64,000 nt of DNA, from positions 8,764-72,763 of the forward strand of contig JAOABA010000030.1 in the NCBI GenBank assembly GCA_026418625.1. Reading direction: 5' to 3'. The stretch comes from Candidatus Kapaibacterium sp. (GTDB lineage Bacteria; Bacteroidota; Ignavibacteria; Kapaibacteriales; UBA2268). The position numbers and the translations under genes were made by a program. Below, piece by piece: positions 1 to 10,201 of this stretch. The notes below the pieces were generated by a model. The model did not search any database, had not been told where the DNA came from, and saw only the letters and a list, made by a program, of their open reading frames with translations. Every line of letters begins with the position of its first letter. Position 1 is the stretch's first letter.

Positions 1-690
1 TCGGGTATTCAAAATAAAGATTATAAATCTGAAATCGTTGTTTGTCCCCCTTTTACAAATCTACAGACTGTTTCAACATTGATTTATAACAGTAAAATCA
101 AACTTGGGGCTCAAAATTGTTTTTATGAACCCAAGGGTGCTTTTACAGGTGAAATATCTATTCCAATGTTAAAATTTTTTGATGTTGAATACATTATTAT
201 TGGGCATTCAGAAAGAAGAACTTATTTTTCCGAAACCGATGAATTGATAAATAAAAAAGCAAAAGCGATATTAGAAAGTGGTCTGAAGCCAATTATCTGC
301 ATAGGAGAGACTTTACAAGAAAGAGAACAGGGCAAGACGTTTGAAATTTTATTCAATCAACTTGATTTATGTTTGAAAGATCTCAAAGATAAAAATTTTT
401 CAAACATAGTCATTGCCTACGAACCTGTTTGGGCTATAGGGACAGGGATTTCTGCAACAACAGAACAAATTGAGGAAGCACACAATGAAATTAAACATTA
501 CATTGGGAAAAAATTTAATCTGAACGAAGATGACATAGTTTTGCAATATGGTGGTAGTGTAACTGCAGATAACTCAGAAGAGATTCTATCAATTAAAAAT
601 GTTAATGGTGCATTGATTGGTGGGGCTTCATTAAAATCTGAAATATTTTTGAAAATTATTGATATAGCTGAGAATATATTACAAAGTTGA
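1..690 (+). CDS. tpiA: Triosephosphate isomerase (5'-truncated by window edge)
   Basis: Frame open from position 1 (IVVCPPFT); motifs LGAQN, GAFTGE, IGHSERR, AYEPVWAIGTG, YGGSV, GALIGGAS. Confidence 0.97.
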   Translation, partial: SGIQNKDYKSEIVVCPPFTNLQTVSTLIYNSKIKLGAQNCFYEPKGAFTGEISIPMLKFFDVEYIIIGHSERRTYFSETDELINKKAKAILESGLKPIICIGETLQEREQGKTFEILFNQLDLCLKDLKDKNFSNIVIAYEPVWAIGTGISATTEQIEEAHNEIKHYIGKKFNLNEDDIVLQYGGSVTADNSEEILSIKNVNGALIGGASLKSEIFLKIIDIAENILQS

Positions 691-1313
691 AACAAGACGA
701 ACAAATGTTTAGCATTCCTAATATTTTTTCAATCTTAAGGATTGTTCTCTCACCATTATGTTTCTTTTTCTTTCTATCCGACGATCCTTTAATAGTTCAA
801 ATCGGATGTATAATTTACCTTATTGCAGCTTCAACTGATTATATCGATGGTTGGATAGCAAGAAAATTCAAATCATATTCGAAAATGGGAACTTTCATAG
901 ATCCACTTGCGGATAAAATATTAACTACATCAGTTTTTCTTGCATTTGTCATACTGGATATTTTACCTTTATGGATGGTTATAATTGTTATTTTAAGAGA
1001 TTTTGCAGCAACTTTTCTCAGAATCTATGCAGATAAAAAAAATAGAACAATGAGAACATCCTTAACAGCTAAATGGAAAACTTTTTTGCAGATGACGTTC
1101 ATTTCTTATCTGATTGTCTTACTTTTTTTTCTTAATATGAAAATGTCTCGAGATTTCAACTTTCAAATTTTAGCAATCTTAAAATCTAACTCAACTCAGG
1201 TATTAATGTTAATCTTAACTTTATTTTCTATTTGGACAATTATTGAATACATTTTTGAAAATAAAGATTTAATAAAATTAATTTTTAAAATTCGTTCAGA
1301 AGACAAAGTTTAA
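687..1313 (+). CDS. pgsA: CDP-diacylglycerol--glycerol-3-phosphate 3-phosphatidyltransferase
   Basis: IPN..S.LR start and CDP-alcohol phosphotransferase motif TDYIDGWIARK..G.FIDPLADK; hydrophobic. Confidence 0.9.
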   Translation: MKQDEQMFSIPNIFSILRIVLSPLCFFFFLSDDPLIVQIGCIIYLIAASTDYIDGWIARKFKSYSKMGTFIDPLADKILTTSVFLAFVILDILPLWMVIIVILRDFAATFLRIYADKKNRTMRTSLTAKWKTFLQMTFISYLIVLLFFLNMKMSRDFNFQILAILKSNSTQVLMLILTLFSIWTIIEYIFENKDLIKLIFKIRSEDKV

Positions 1314-1538
1314 AAAAAACACTATTTTTCTTTTGATATTCGTACATTAAAAATACTGAAAGACTAAGCAAAAAAGGGCTTAGAGTGGTTATTATTAGCC
1401 AATTATTAAAAAAATAATAAGGAAAATAAAAAAATTTCAAAAAAAATTCATTTTTTTTAAAAAAATATTTGCAAAGCTTGATTAAATCTCATATTTTCGC
1501 ATTGTCATCTCGCTTTATTAATATTTTAAGGAGTTTTT

Positions 1539-1859
1539 ATGAGCTTAAACAAAGCACAATTAGTATCATCAATAGCAAATGCTTCTGGTTTAACAAAAGT
1601 CCAGAGTGAAAAAGCATTGGGTGCAACCCTTGAGGCAATCAAAGGTGAATTGGCAAAGGGCGAAAATGTTACTTTAATCGGTTTCGGAACATTTACAGTT
1701 GCAGAAAGAAAAGCCAGAACTGGCAAAAATCCTCAAACTGGCGAAACTATAAAGATTCCTGCCAGAAAAGTTCCAAAATTCCGTCCCGGCAAAGCATTAC
1801 ACGAAATTGTAGATCCCAAGAAATCAACTAAGAAAAAAGCTGCATCAAAGAAAAAATAA
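1539..1859 (+). CDS. hup: HU family DNA-binding protein with short Lys-rich C-terminal tail
   Basis: V.LIGFGTF, ARTGKNPQTGE.I.IPA, PKFRPGK; SD AAGGAG upstream. Confidence 0.95.
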   Translation: MSLNKAQLVSSIANASGLTKVQSEKALGATLEAIKGELAKGENVTLIGFGTFTVAERKARTGKNPQTGETIKIPARKVPKFRPGKALHEIVDPKKSTKKKAASKKK

Positions 1860-1868
1860 ACTCATTTC

Positions 1869-1899
1869 AAAAAGCCGTTCTTAGAACGGCTTTTTTTTT
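1869..1899 (+). terminator. Rho-independent terminator after hup
   Basis: aaaaagccgttc-tta-gaacggc followed by 9 T. Confidence 0.85.
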
Positions 1900-1942
1900 G
1901 TAATTTTGGTTAATTAATTTTATGATTATTGTTAATTAAAAT

Positions 1943-2872
1943 ATGGTTAATGAGACTTTATCACATCCTTTCTTGCTTCAAGCTGGTGATTTAAACGTTG
2001 ATGATATTTCTCTAATTTTTGAAAAAGCTCGTTTCTATCTGCAAAAATTCGAGAAAGATACCAAAAAACTTGAGGATTTAAAAGGAGTTACAGTTGCTTT
2101 GGCTTTTTTTGAACCATCAACGAGAACCCGTCTTTCTTTTGAATTAGCTGCTAAAAGACTCTCGGCAGATGTTTTTACATTTTCCTCTTCTACAAGTAGT
2201 TTAACAAAAGGTGAATCCCTGCTTGACACTTTAAAGACAATTGAAGCAATGGGTGTTCATATGTTTGTCATTAGACACAGTTGCTCTGGGGTCCCAAATT
2301 TTTTACAGCAGAACACTACTGGTATTGTTATCAATGCTGGAGATGGAAAGCACGAACATCCAACTCAAGCTTTGCTCGATGCATTCACATTGCACAGATA
2401 TTTTGGTGATATTAAAGGATTAAATGTCTGTATAGTTGGTGATATTTTACATTCACGGGTTGCAAGATCCAACATAGTTCTTTTGAATACATTAGGGGCA
2501 AATCTCGGGCTTTTTTCTCCCGGAACATTACTTCCACCTAAAATTGAAAGCTGGAATACCCGAATATTCAATGATATAAATGACGCTATTAAGTGGTCTA
2601 ATGTCGTAATTGTTCTTAGGTTACAGAATGAAAGAATGGAATCTGGTTTAATCCCAAGCGTAAGAGAATTTTCAAAGTATTTCGGAGTAACTTACGAAAT
2701 CTATTCAAAAAAGCCAGAATTAGTTCTCTTACACCCCGGTCCAGTTAACTATGGAATTGAACTTGAATATACTGTAAGTAATTATCCAAATGTGTTAATA
2801 CAAACCCAAGTTACTCACGGAGTTTATATCAGAATGGCTCTACTGTCGCTTTTAGCAAAAAACTTAAGCTGA
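1943..2872 (+). CDS. pyrB: Aspartate carbamoyltransferase catalytic subunit
   Basis: FFEPSTRTRLSF, KGESLLDT, NAGDG.HEHPTQALLD, GDILHSRVARSN, LHPGP. Confidence 0.96.
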   Translation: MVNETLSHPFLLQAGDLNVDDISLIFEKARFYLQKFEKDTKKLEDLKGVTVALAFFEPSTRTRLSFELAAKRLSADVFTFSSSTSSLTKGESLLDTLKTIEAMGVHMFVIRHSCSGVPNFLQQNTTGIVINAGDGKHEHPTQALLDAFTLHRYFGDIKGLNVCIVGDILHSRVARSNIVLLNTLGANLGLFSPGTLLPPKIESWNTRIFNDINDAIKWSNVVIVLRLQNERMESGLIPSVREFSKYFGVTYEIYSKKPELVLLHPGPVNYGIELEYTVSNYPNVLIQTQVTHGVYIRMALLSLLAKNLS

Positions 2873-2873
2873 T

Positions 2874-3752
2874 TTGAAAACTTTTGATAAGACTTGGACT
2901 GTTATTGACATCATCCGTTGGGGAACAGAATATTTCCAAAATAAACAAATTGATTCACCAAGATTAACAATTGAACTTCTTCTTTGTGAGGTTTTAAATT
3001 GTGAGAGAATATCACTTTATACAAATTTTGAAAAACCTCTGAAAGACGAAGAACTCCAAAAACTGAAAGAATTTATCAAAAGAAGAGCTAATCGAGAACC
3101 TCTTCAGTTTATTCTCGGTAAGACCAAGTTTTTTAATACTGAATTAAAAATAAACAATTCAGCAATTGTTCCAAGACCTGAAACTGAGTTAATGGTGAGT
3201 ATTGCTGATGAGATAATTCAACAAAATATTGACAAAATCAAAGATGTATTGGATATAGGTACTGGAAGTGGATGTATTGCTATTTCTTTGGCAAAAAAAT
3301 ATCCAAATATAAATTTTACTGCCATTGATATAAATCCCAATTCTTTACAACTTGCAAAAGAAAATGCCATTTACAACGACGTTGAGAATTCGATGAATTT
3401 TCTGAATTTAGATATTCTCACCAATGTTCCGGATGAAAAATATGATTTGGTTATTTCTAATCCTCCATATATATCTAAACAAGAATATGAACAATTAGAG
3501 CCGGAAATTTTAAATTATGAACCAAAGGAAGCCTTGACAGACAATAGTGATGGTTTAACTTTTTACAGAAGATTTAGCGATATTTTTGGAGTGATAATGA
3601 CGCCAAATGCTTTTTTCCTGCTGGAAATTGCTTATAACCAATTTGAGGATGTTTCTAAAATCTTTAAAGAAAAAGGTTTTGAAATTAATTATGTTCAGGA
3701 TTGGTCTGGAATAAAGAGAATTATAATTGGTCAAAAGCAAAATAGGTATTAA
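2874..3752 (+). CDS. prmC: Release factor glutamine N5-methyltransferase (HemK)
   Basis: EPLQFILG, PRPETE, LDIGTGSGCI, SNPPYI. Confidence 0.95.
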   Translation: MKTFDKTWTVIDIIRWGTEYFQNKQIDSPRLTIELLLCEVLNCERISLYTNFEKPLKDEELQKLKEFIKRRANREPLQFILGKTKFFNTELKINNSAIVPRPETELMVSIADEIIQQNIDKIKDVLDIGTGSGCIAISLAKKYPNINFTAIDINPNSLQLAKENAIYNDVENSMNFLNLDILTNVPDEKYDLVISNPPYISKQEYEQLEPEILNYEPKEALTDNSDGLTFYRRFSDIFGVIMTPNAFFLLEIAYNQFEDVSKIFKEKGFEINYVQDWSGIKRIIIGQKQNRY

Positions 3753-3867
3753 ATGGCAGTATAATTTTTTTATAAATCTGATTAATTGTTTATTGATAAA
3801 AAATTAATAAAAATATAATATAAAATTTTGTTAATTTTGGTGTTTTAAAATTAGAAGATTAAAAAAA

Positions 3868-4215
3868 ATGTTATCACAAATTAAAGTCGAAGAGCAAATA
3901 GGCGGAAAAATCATTCACCTACGAGGCAAATTTACCGGAGGAGAGGAAACAAGCGAACTTAATAGCATATTGAAAGAACTAGCTAAAGTTGAAAAGAGCA
4001 GAGTAATAATTAATATGGAAAAGGTTTCTTACCTGAATTCAACTGCTTTGGGAGTATTAATTTCAGCTCACGCTTCATTTGCTCGAAACGGGGGAACAGT
4101 TGTATTAGCTGGCCTTGGTGATTCAATTCAAAATTTATTTATGGTTACAAAACTTGTATTAGTTTTTCCAATTTACAAAAATTTAGACGAAGCAATTAAA
4201 TCAATATCTGAGTAA
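3868..4215 (+). CDS. STAS-domain anti-sigma-factor antagonist
   Basis: 115 aa; V.YLNSTALGVL (SpoIIAA-type DSSGLG with phosphorylatable Ser), C-terminal DEAI. Confidence 0.85.
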   Translation: MLSQIKVEEQIGGKIIHLRGKFTGGEETSELNSILKELAKVEKSRVIINMEKVSYLNSTALGVLISAHASFARNGGTVVLAGLGDSIQNLFMVTKLVLVFPIYKNLDEAIKSISE

Positions 4216-4233
4216 TATTAATTAGGGGAGTTT

Positions 4234-5016
4234 ATGAAAAACATCTTTAATATCCTTGTCATAACTTTGGCTATGGCAATTGCATTTTCAATTTATCTAT
4301 TCTATTTCGGAAATCCAAATAATTTTGAGGATCCTGCTTCAAAAAAGAAACCAAAACAGGGTAATATTGTAGGAATGATTTACACTGGCGGACCGATTGT
4401 CGGTATATTAATAGGATTGATTATCATTGTTATTACCTTCACTTTTGAAAGATACTTTTCAATTAATAAAGCCAAAGGCAAAGGCAATACAGCAGTTTAT
4501 TTAAAAAAGGTTCTTGAATACTTACAAGCGGGGAATTATGATGATGCCTTGCGGGAGTGTGAGCAACAGCGGGGCAGCCTTGCTAATATTATGAGGGCTG
4601 CTATTGAACGGTTTAAAACAATCGAACACGATGATAATTATCCGACCGAGAAGAAATTAGCAGAAGTTCAAAGAGCTATTGACGAAGCAACCAATTTAGA
4701 AACTCCACTTTTAGAAAAGAACCTTGTTATTCTTTCTACAGTGGCTTCAATATCGACTCTATTCGGTCTTTTGGGAACAACCATCGGTATGATTAGAGCT
4801 TTTGCTGCCTTCGGTGAAACCGGAACAGTTGACGCTACTCAATTAGCTATCGGAATTTCTGAAGCTCTCTATAATACTGCTGGTGGTTTGATGGGTGCTA
4901 TTATTGGTATTGTTGCTTATAATTTCTTTACAACAAAAGTTGATGACTACGTCTATATGATTGACGAAGCTATATTGGGTGTTACCCAAATCTTTACTAT
5001 CAGAACAAAAAAATAA
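4234..5016 (+). CDS. exbB: MotA/TolQ/ExbB proton channel
   Basis: LFGLLGTTIGMIRAF, GISEALYNTAGGL. Confidence 0.88.
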   Translation: MKNIFNILVITLAMAIAFSIYLFYFGNPNNFEDPASKKKPKQGNIVGMIYTGGPIVGILIGLIIIVITFTFERYFSINKAKGKGNTAVYLKKVLEYLQAGNYDDALRECEQQRGSLANIMRAAIERFKTIEHDDNYPTEKKLAEVQRAIDEATNLETPLLEKNLVILSTVASISTLFGLLGTTIGMIRAFAAFGETGTVDATQLAIGISEALYNTAGGLMGAIIGIVAYNFFTTKVDDYVYMIDEAILGVTQIFTIRTKK

Positions 5017-5028
5017 ACGAGGTCTAAA

Positions 5029-5562
5029 GTGCCAAAAGTAAAAAAGAAAAGAATGGGTTTCGTCATTGATATGACCCCGCTTGTTGATATTACATTTCTA
5101 CTTCTGACATTTTTGATGTTTACAGCTAAATTCAAATCAGAAGCAGAAAATGAACAACAATTTACTATCAAAAGGCCTTATGCTACACCCGATACAACAA
5201 AATTGCCAGAAAGAGATTTAGCTATTATAAGTATAGCTGTAGATGATAAGAATCCTTTAGACACTTCGTTCTATTTTTCAATGACTAATTTAAATGACAA
5301 GGCAAGAGTCTGGGAATTAGCAGAGGTGCCAGCGGAATATTCTAATTTGGCTTTGGTCAAAGTAGATTCTTTGATGCTATCTAAATTGATAAGATCAACT
5401 TTAGCAGTAAGGAATACAACAAAATTTGCTCTTGACGCAGACAAAGAAATTCCGTTTAAGTGGGTCAGTCAAGCTATGGATATTATGAGATTGCAAAGAG
5501 CTTTTATATTCAATTTTGTGACTGAAAAAAGAAAAGCATCTGAGACAAAAGAATCAGAATAA
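5029..5562 (+). CDS. exbD: ExbD/TolR biopolymer transport protein
   Basis: DMTPLVDITFLLLTFLM TM motif; ADKEIP. Confidence 0.88.
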   Translation: MPKVKKKRMGFVIDMTPLVDITFLLLTFLMFTAKFKSEAENEQQFTIKRPYATPDTTKLPERDLAIISIAVDDKNPLDTSFYFSMTNLNDKARVWELAEVPAEYSNLALVKVDSLMLSKLIRSTLAVRNTTKFALDADKEIPFKWVSQAMDIMRLQRAFIFNFVTEKRKASETKESE

Positions 5563-5667
5563 TAATGTGAAACTTTTTTAATTTTCTCGGATATATAAAG
5601 AGAAAATAAATGTAACTTTTTAGATTAATTAACTGTCTATTGATATATAAAAAATTAGGAGAAAAAA

Positions 5668-6261
5668 ATGGCTGGTGGTGGTGGCGGTTTAGGTAAACCA
5701 GAAAGAGCCAAAAGAGGAAAGCATAGCAAGAGAAAAAAGAAAAAAAGAATTGGTTTCCATCTTGATATGACTCCATTGGTGGACATTACATTTTTGTTGT
5801 TAACTTTCTTTATGTTTACAACAACTATGTTAAAGCCCCAAATTATGGAAATGCGAATTCCACCCGAAAGATACGAAAAAGTTGAAGTTCGTGAATCAGA
5901 GCTATTTACAATTATGTTGATGCCGGATAATAAAATATATTGGTATGCTGGTCAGGCAAGAGAAGACAATAAACCAGAAGAGATACCATTGAATAAATTA
6001 AGAGCATTGGCTGAGCAACAAAACCTTAAACCTAATGTCAGAAACCGCTTGATAACTGTATTAAAAATTGCTGATCAAGCTAAATATGAGAAGGTGATTC
6101 AGATTTTAGATGAATTAAATTTAGCTGAAATAAATATAACTGAACAATTGTCAAAAGATTTGGATGCAGAAGGACAACCGGTTAAAAGGCAAAGAAAATT
6201 TACAATTGCAACATTATCTGAAACTGATGATGATTTCAAATTAATTCAGGGAGTTAAATAA
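5668..6261 (+). CDS. exbD: Second ExbD/TolR protein
   Basis: DMTPLVDITFLLLTFFMFTT; AKYEKVIQILDEL. Confidence 0.88.
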   Translation: MAGGGGGLGKPERAKRGKHSKRKKKKRIGFHLDMTPLVDITFLLLTFFMFTTTMLKPQIMEMRIPPERYEKVEVRESELFTIMLMPDNKIYWYAGQAREDNKPEEIPLNKLRALAEQQNLKPNVRNRLITVLKIADQAKYEKVIQILDELNLAEINITEQLSKDLDAEGQPVKRQRKFTIATLSETDDDFKLIQGVK

Positions 6262-7049
6262 TGACAACTGCCCAAAATATAATCGAACTACCAGCTCGTC
6301 CATCCTATGGAGCTGTTGAGTTAAAAAAATATATTAATAAAGCAACCATAAGAGGCTTTTTGATTACCGTTGCTATCTTAGCATTGCTTCTATTAGCATA
6401 TTTTCTCTACATTAAATTTAGCGAGAGGCAATTAGGAGCTATTCCTGTTGCTCCAATAAGCAAAATCTCGCTGGAGTCAGCACCACAACAAGCTAATGAT
6501 GTTGAGGATGTTCCTCCACCACCTCCTTCTGAGGCTGTGATTGATTATGCAACTGCTGCCAGAGCTGGAACTCCGGTTCCTGTTCCAGATGCAGAAATTA
6601 AAGCCGATTTGAAAGAATTTGCAAATATTGAGGATCTCAGCAAGTCACTTGCTAGCAATGAAGGTCAAATAATTGATCTTAACCAATTGCCACAGACTTT
6701 TGATTTAGGTGAAAAGAAGCTTGACGTTCAATACCGTGAAGAAGTTCCCGATATTAATGAGTTTATCCCTGTCGAAAAAGAGCCTCAAGTTGATTTAGCA
6801 GAGTTACAGAGAAGAATTGTATATCCTGAAGTAGCACGTAAAGCTGGAATTGAAGGACAGGTTATCGTTAGAGTGCTTGTTGATAAAAACGGAAAACCGA
6901 AACAGGCAGTTATTCAGCATTCAGATTCACAAATGCTTGATCAAGCTGCTAAAGATGCTGTTATGAAAAGTGTATTCACTCCAGCAATTCAAAATGGGCA
7001 ACCAATAACCTGTTGGGTTAGTATTCCAATTAAATTTAGATTAAGATAA
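6261..7049 (+). CDS. tonB: Energy transducer TonB
   Basis: N-terminal TM, poly-Pro linker, YPEVARKAGIEGQV, PAIQNGQP, IPIKFRL. Confidence 0.92.
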   Translation: MTTAQNIIELPARPSYGAVELKKYINKATIRGFLITVAILALLLLAYFLYIKFSERQLGAIPVAPISKISLESAPQQANDVEDVPPPPPSEAVIDYATAARAGTPVPVPDAEIKADLKEFANIEDLSKSLASNEGQIIDLNQLPQTFDLGEKKLDVQYREEVPDINEFIPVEKEPQVDLAELQRRIVYPEVARKAGIEGQVIVRVLVDKNGKPKQAVIQHSDSQMLDQAAKDAVMKSVFTPAIQNGQPITCWVSIPIKFRLR

Positions 7050-7160
7050 TCATTTTTATGGCAATCATCGATAAGATGATTGCCATTGAAAAAAATGTCA
7101 ATAAAAATTCAGCAATTTCCTTTGATTCACGCAGTAAAATCCACAGAGAATGTTATTTAA

Positions 7161-7385
7161 ATGCTTTTAATTATCATAAACTACACAGTCAGAGCGTTAA
7201 TTGTCATCTTAGGAATAATTTTTGTAACCGGTATTTTAAATTCATATTTATCCTTTCCAAGCGATTTTAAGGCAATAATGCCAATGATGGGAGTAATTTT
7301 CATACTTTGGGGAGTTTATCGTCTAATTACTTATCATTCTAATCTAAGGAGATATAGAAATAATGAAGATAATGATGAAAATTAA
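7161..7385 (+). CDS. Small two-TM membrane protein of unknown function
   Basis: Two hydrophobic segments, GV.FILWGVYR; overlaps start of next gene. Confidence 0.6.
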   Translation: MLLIIINYTVRALIVILGIIFVTGILNSYLSFPSDFKAIMPMMGVIFILWGVYRLITYHSNLRRYRNNEDNDEN

Positions 7386-8280
7386 TATTCTTATTGCTTT
7401 AGTTTTTCTTTTTTCTTTTTGTTCTCAGGAAAAGAAAGATGAAAAAGCTGAAAAAAATGAGGTTAAAGATATCAAAATCTACTGCGATGAAGCAATATAC
7501 AATGTAATGAAATATCCATTAAAAGTTTTTGATTCTATTGATAACAAAGTTAACCTTGTTGTTACAAAATCAAATGCTTTTGATGCGATGAAAATGTTTT
7601 TAGCCGGAGAATGTGATGTGATACTTTTGCCAAGAAATTACACTCATTACGAAGATTCAATGATGGCTGTCTATGGTGTGAAGCCACACTTAAAAATGCC
7701 GGTTGCTAAAGATGCACTTGTTTTTTTTGTTAATTATGATTCTCCCCTTGATACTTTGAATGACTCTGAGATATATGAAATCATCACTTCAAAGGATAAA
7801 AAATTCACAGACTTTTATCGATCAATTAAAACTGAACCATTACTTGTAACAAATAGTAATAAATCATCTGAAGTGGAAAATATTTTTCAATTAGTTGCAA
7901 GAAAGAAAAAAATCAATCGAAGTTTCAAATTAATGGAAGAGTCTGATTCAGTTAAATCTTATTTGTTAAAGAATAAAGGAAATATAGGTATTGGATATTA
8001 CGCAAATATAATTGGCGATCCTCAGTTCAGAGCCTTACCAATTGGTTTCACCGATAGTTCCGGAAAATATATTTTTCCAAGAACAGTTCACCAAGCAAAT
8101 ATACTTCAGGGCTTCTATCCTTATATTGTAACTTACTGGGTTTATGTTCAGGATCAAAACAACGAAGATGCAATGAGATTTGCAAGATTTATATCCAAAC
8201 ATCCCAGTGCTCAAAAGCATTTTAATGATTATGGAATAGTTCCAGCTTATGCAAAAATAAATTTAATTGATGAAAGGTAA
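7363..8280 (+). CDS. PstS-like periplasmic substrate-binding lipoprotein (start may be 7372/7375)
   Basis: Lipobox-like FLFSFC, PVAKDALVFFVN, G.YP near C-terminus; typical position after tonB. Confidence 0.75.
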   Translation: MKIMMKINILIALVFLFSFCSQEKKDEKAEKNEVKDIKIYCDEAIYNVMKYPLKVFDSIDNKVNLVVTKSNAFDAMKMFLAGECDVILLPRNYTHYEDSMMAVYGVKPHLKMPVAKDALVFFVNYDSPLDTLNDSEIYEIITSKDKKFTDFYRSIKTEPLLVTNSNKSSEVENIFQLVARKKKINRSFKLMEESDSVKSYLLKNKGNIGIGYYANIIGDPQFRALPIGFTDSSGKYIFPRTVHQANILQGFYPYIVTYWVYVQDQNNEDAMRFARFISKHPSAQKHFNDYGIVPAYAKINLIDER

Positions 8281-8291
8281 AGGAATTAATT

Positions 8292-10058
8292 ATGTTGATC
8301 TCAGTTAAATCTAATATCGCCAATTTTAACAATATTCAGGCGAAAAGATTATTTCTCATTAGCTTCATTTTTCTCTTTATTTGTAATTTTCATCTTTTTG
8401 GGCAAAGTGCTTATGATCAGATGCGAACTTACGTAAGTGAATCTGATTATGTTAAAGCTTCAGAGTTTATAAAACAAGCTATAAAAGATAATCCTAAAGA
8501 TTTAAATGTTCACGTATTAGCTGGTGACATTTATTTTGAATTGGAGAAATATAATGAAGCTTTAGATATGTATGAAAAAGCAAATGATATAAAAAGTAAG
8601 CAAACCTCCATTCTTAGAAAAATAGGGAAAACTCTGTCAGAATTAGAACGACATCAAGAAGCTATTAAGATTTTAAAAGATGCAGTCTCGATTGATAAGA
8701 ATGACTTTAGAAATTTATTGGAATTGGGTAATGCATATATTAAAAGTAAACAGTTGAACGAAGCTGAACTTACAATCACAAAAGCAAGAGAATTAAACAG
8801 AAAAAGTCCTGAAGCTTTTGTTGCACTCGGCGATTTGTATTTTGCACAGAACGTATATCCATTAGCGAGAACCAATTATGAAGAAGCTTTAGCAATCGAC
8901 GAAAACCTTACAGAAGCCAGAGTCAAACTTGCTACCACTTATTATAAACTTGCAAATCAGGAAATAGACCGCGATTTAGCTAATGAATTATTCACTCGAT
9001 CTTTAAAAGAATGGAATATTATCACACAAAAAGACCCGAAAAATGCTAAAGCATTGAAGGAACAGGGAAAAATTCTTTTCTTTGCTAAACAATATGGTGA
9101 AGCTGCACAGTCTTTTTTCAGGTATTTAGACTTACGTTCTGATGATGTTTTAATTAGATGGTTTTATGCTCAATCACTTGTTGAGATTGGCAAATGTGAC
9201 TCTGCAGTTGCTCAGTTGCAAATTGTAACACAAGAGATAGACTCTGTTAGAGACAAAGCTAAGCTTAAATTAGCTCAGTGTTACTTTGAACAAAAAAGAT
9301 TTCTCGAAAGCGCTAAAACCTATGAAGAGGTTAAAAATGCAATAGAACTTGATAATGTTGACATTGAGAGACTTGCTGTAGCTTATATCAGAAATGGAGA
9401 TACCACAAAGGCATTAAGTTATTATAAGGAATTAGTCAATAAAGACCCAAGTCGTTGTATGTTGATGTATCAAACAGGAATTTTATCCTTCTTGATAAAG
9501 GACTATAATAATGCCTTGTATTTTTTTGATAAACATTATAAACATTGCAACGACTCTCTAACTCCAAAAACTTTATATTATATAGGAAATGCATATTTCA
9601 ATCTATCACAAACTGATTCAGCTATAGCTTATATAAATCTATCACTCGCCAAAGATCCAGACTACATTACTTCGAGAATATTTCTTGGTGATATTTATGC
9701 TGCAATGTCTCAGAATAATGGAAACAAGCAATTTAAAGAAAACGCTAAAAATGAATTCAGAATGGCTATTAATAGAGGTATGCAAGATACTGCCAGATAT
9801 GCAAGAGAACTATTACAAGCTTATGCAAAGCTTTGTGGTGTTTTCTTAGAAGAGAAAAATTTCAGTGAATTACAGAAATTGGCTAAACAATGGACAGATT
9901 ATGATGGAAGATCACAATTTGCTTGGCTTTATTTAGCTATTTCATATCAAGGTTTAAGTGACAAGGAAAATGCTTGTAGAAGTTATAGAAGGGTCTTACA
10001 AATAGATCCAAAAAATGCCACTGCAAAAAAGAATATGGAACTTTTGCAGTGTCAGTAA
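8292..10058 (+). CDS. Exported tetratricopeptide-repeat protein
   Basis: Signal-like N-terminus; many TPR-like units (LGDLYF, LGNAY, A..Y..AL.IDP). Confidence 0.85.
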   Translation: MLISVKSNIANFNNIQAKRLFLISFIFLFICNFHLFGQSAYDQMRTYVSESDYVKASEFIKQAIKDNPKDLNVHVLAGDIYFELEKYNEALDMYEKANDIKSKQTSILRKIGKTLSELERHQEAIKILKDAVSIDKNDFRNLLELGNAYIKSKQLNEAELTITKARELNRKSPEAFVALGDLYFAQNVYPLARTNYEEALAIDENLTEARVKLATTYYKLANQEIDRDLANELFTRSLKEWNIITQKDPKNAKALKEQGKILFFAKQYGEAAQSFFRYLDLRSDDVLIRWFYAQSLVEIGKCDSAVAQLQIVTQEIDSVRDKAKLKLAQCYFEQKRFLESAKTYEEVKNAIELDNVDIERLAVAYIRNGDTTKALSYYKELVNKDPSRCMLMYQTGILSFLIKDYNNALYFFDKHYKHCNDSLTPKTLYYIGNAYFNLSQTDSAIAYINLSLAKDPDYITSRIFLGDIYAAMSQNNGNKQFKENAKNEFRMAINRGMQDTARYARELLQAYAKLCGVFLEEKNFSELQKLAKQWTDYDGRSQFAWLYLAISYQGLSDKENACRSYRRVLQIDPKNATAKKNMELLQCQ

Positions 10059-10104
10059 ATCACTAATTATTATAAAATTAAAAAAAAAGAAAAAAATTTT
10101 TTTC

Positions 10105-10138
10105 AGCCCAATTTGAAATATTAGTCAGATTGGGCTTT
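10105..10138 (+). terminator. Stem-loop after TPR gene, probable terminator
   Basis: agcccaatttga..tcagattgggct; only a short T tract. Confidence 0.5.
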
Positions 10139-10201
10139 GCTATGACTAATTTTTTCTTTACTTTAATTTAGCTATATTTGTAAGTTTGTTTAGTTAACAA
10201 A

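Noticed and set aside
7058-7270. 70-aa ORF after tonB
   Set aside because: Starts inside a hairpin and overlaps the more plausible membrane-protein ORF 7161-7385
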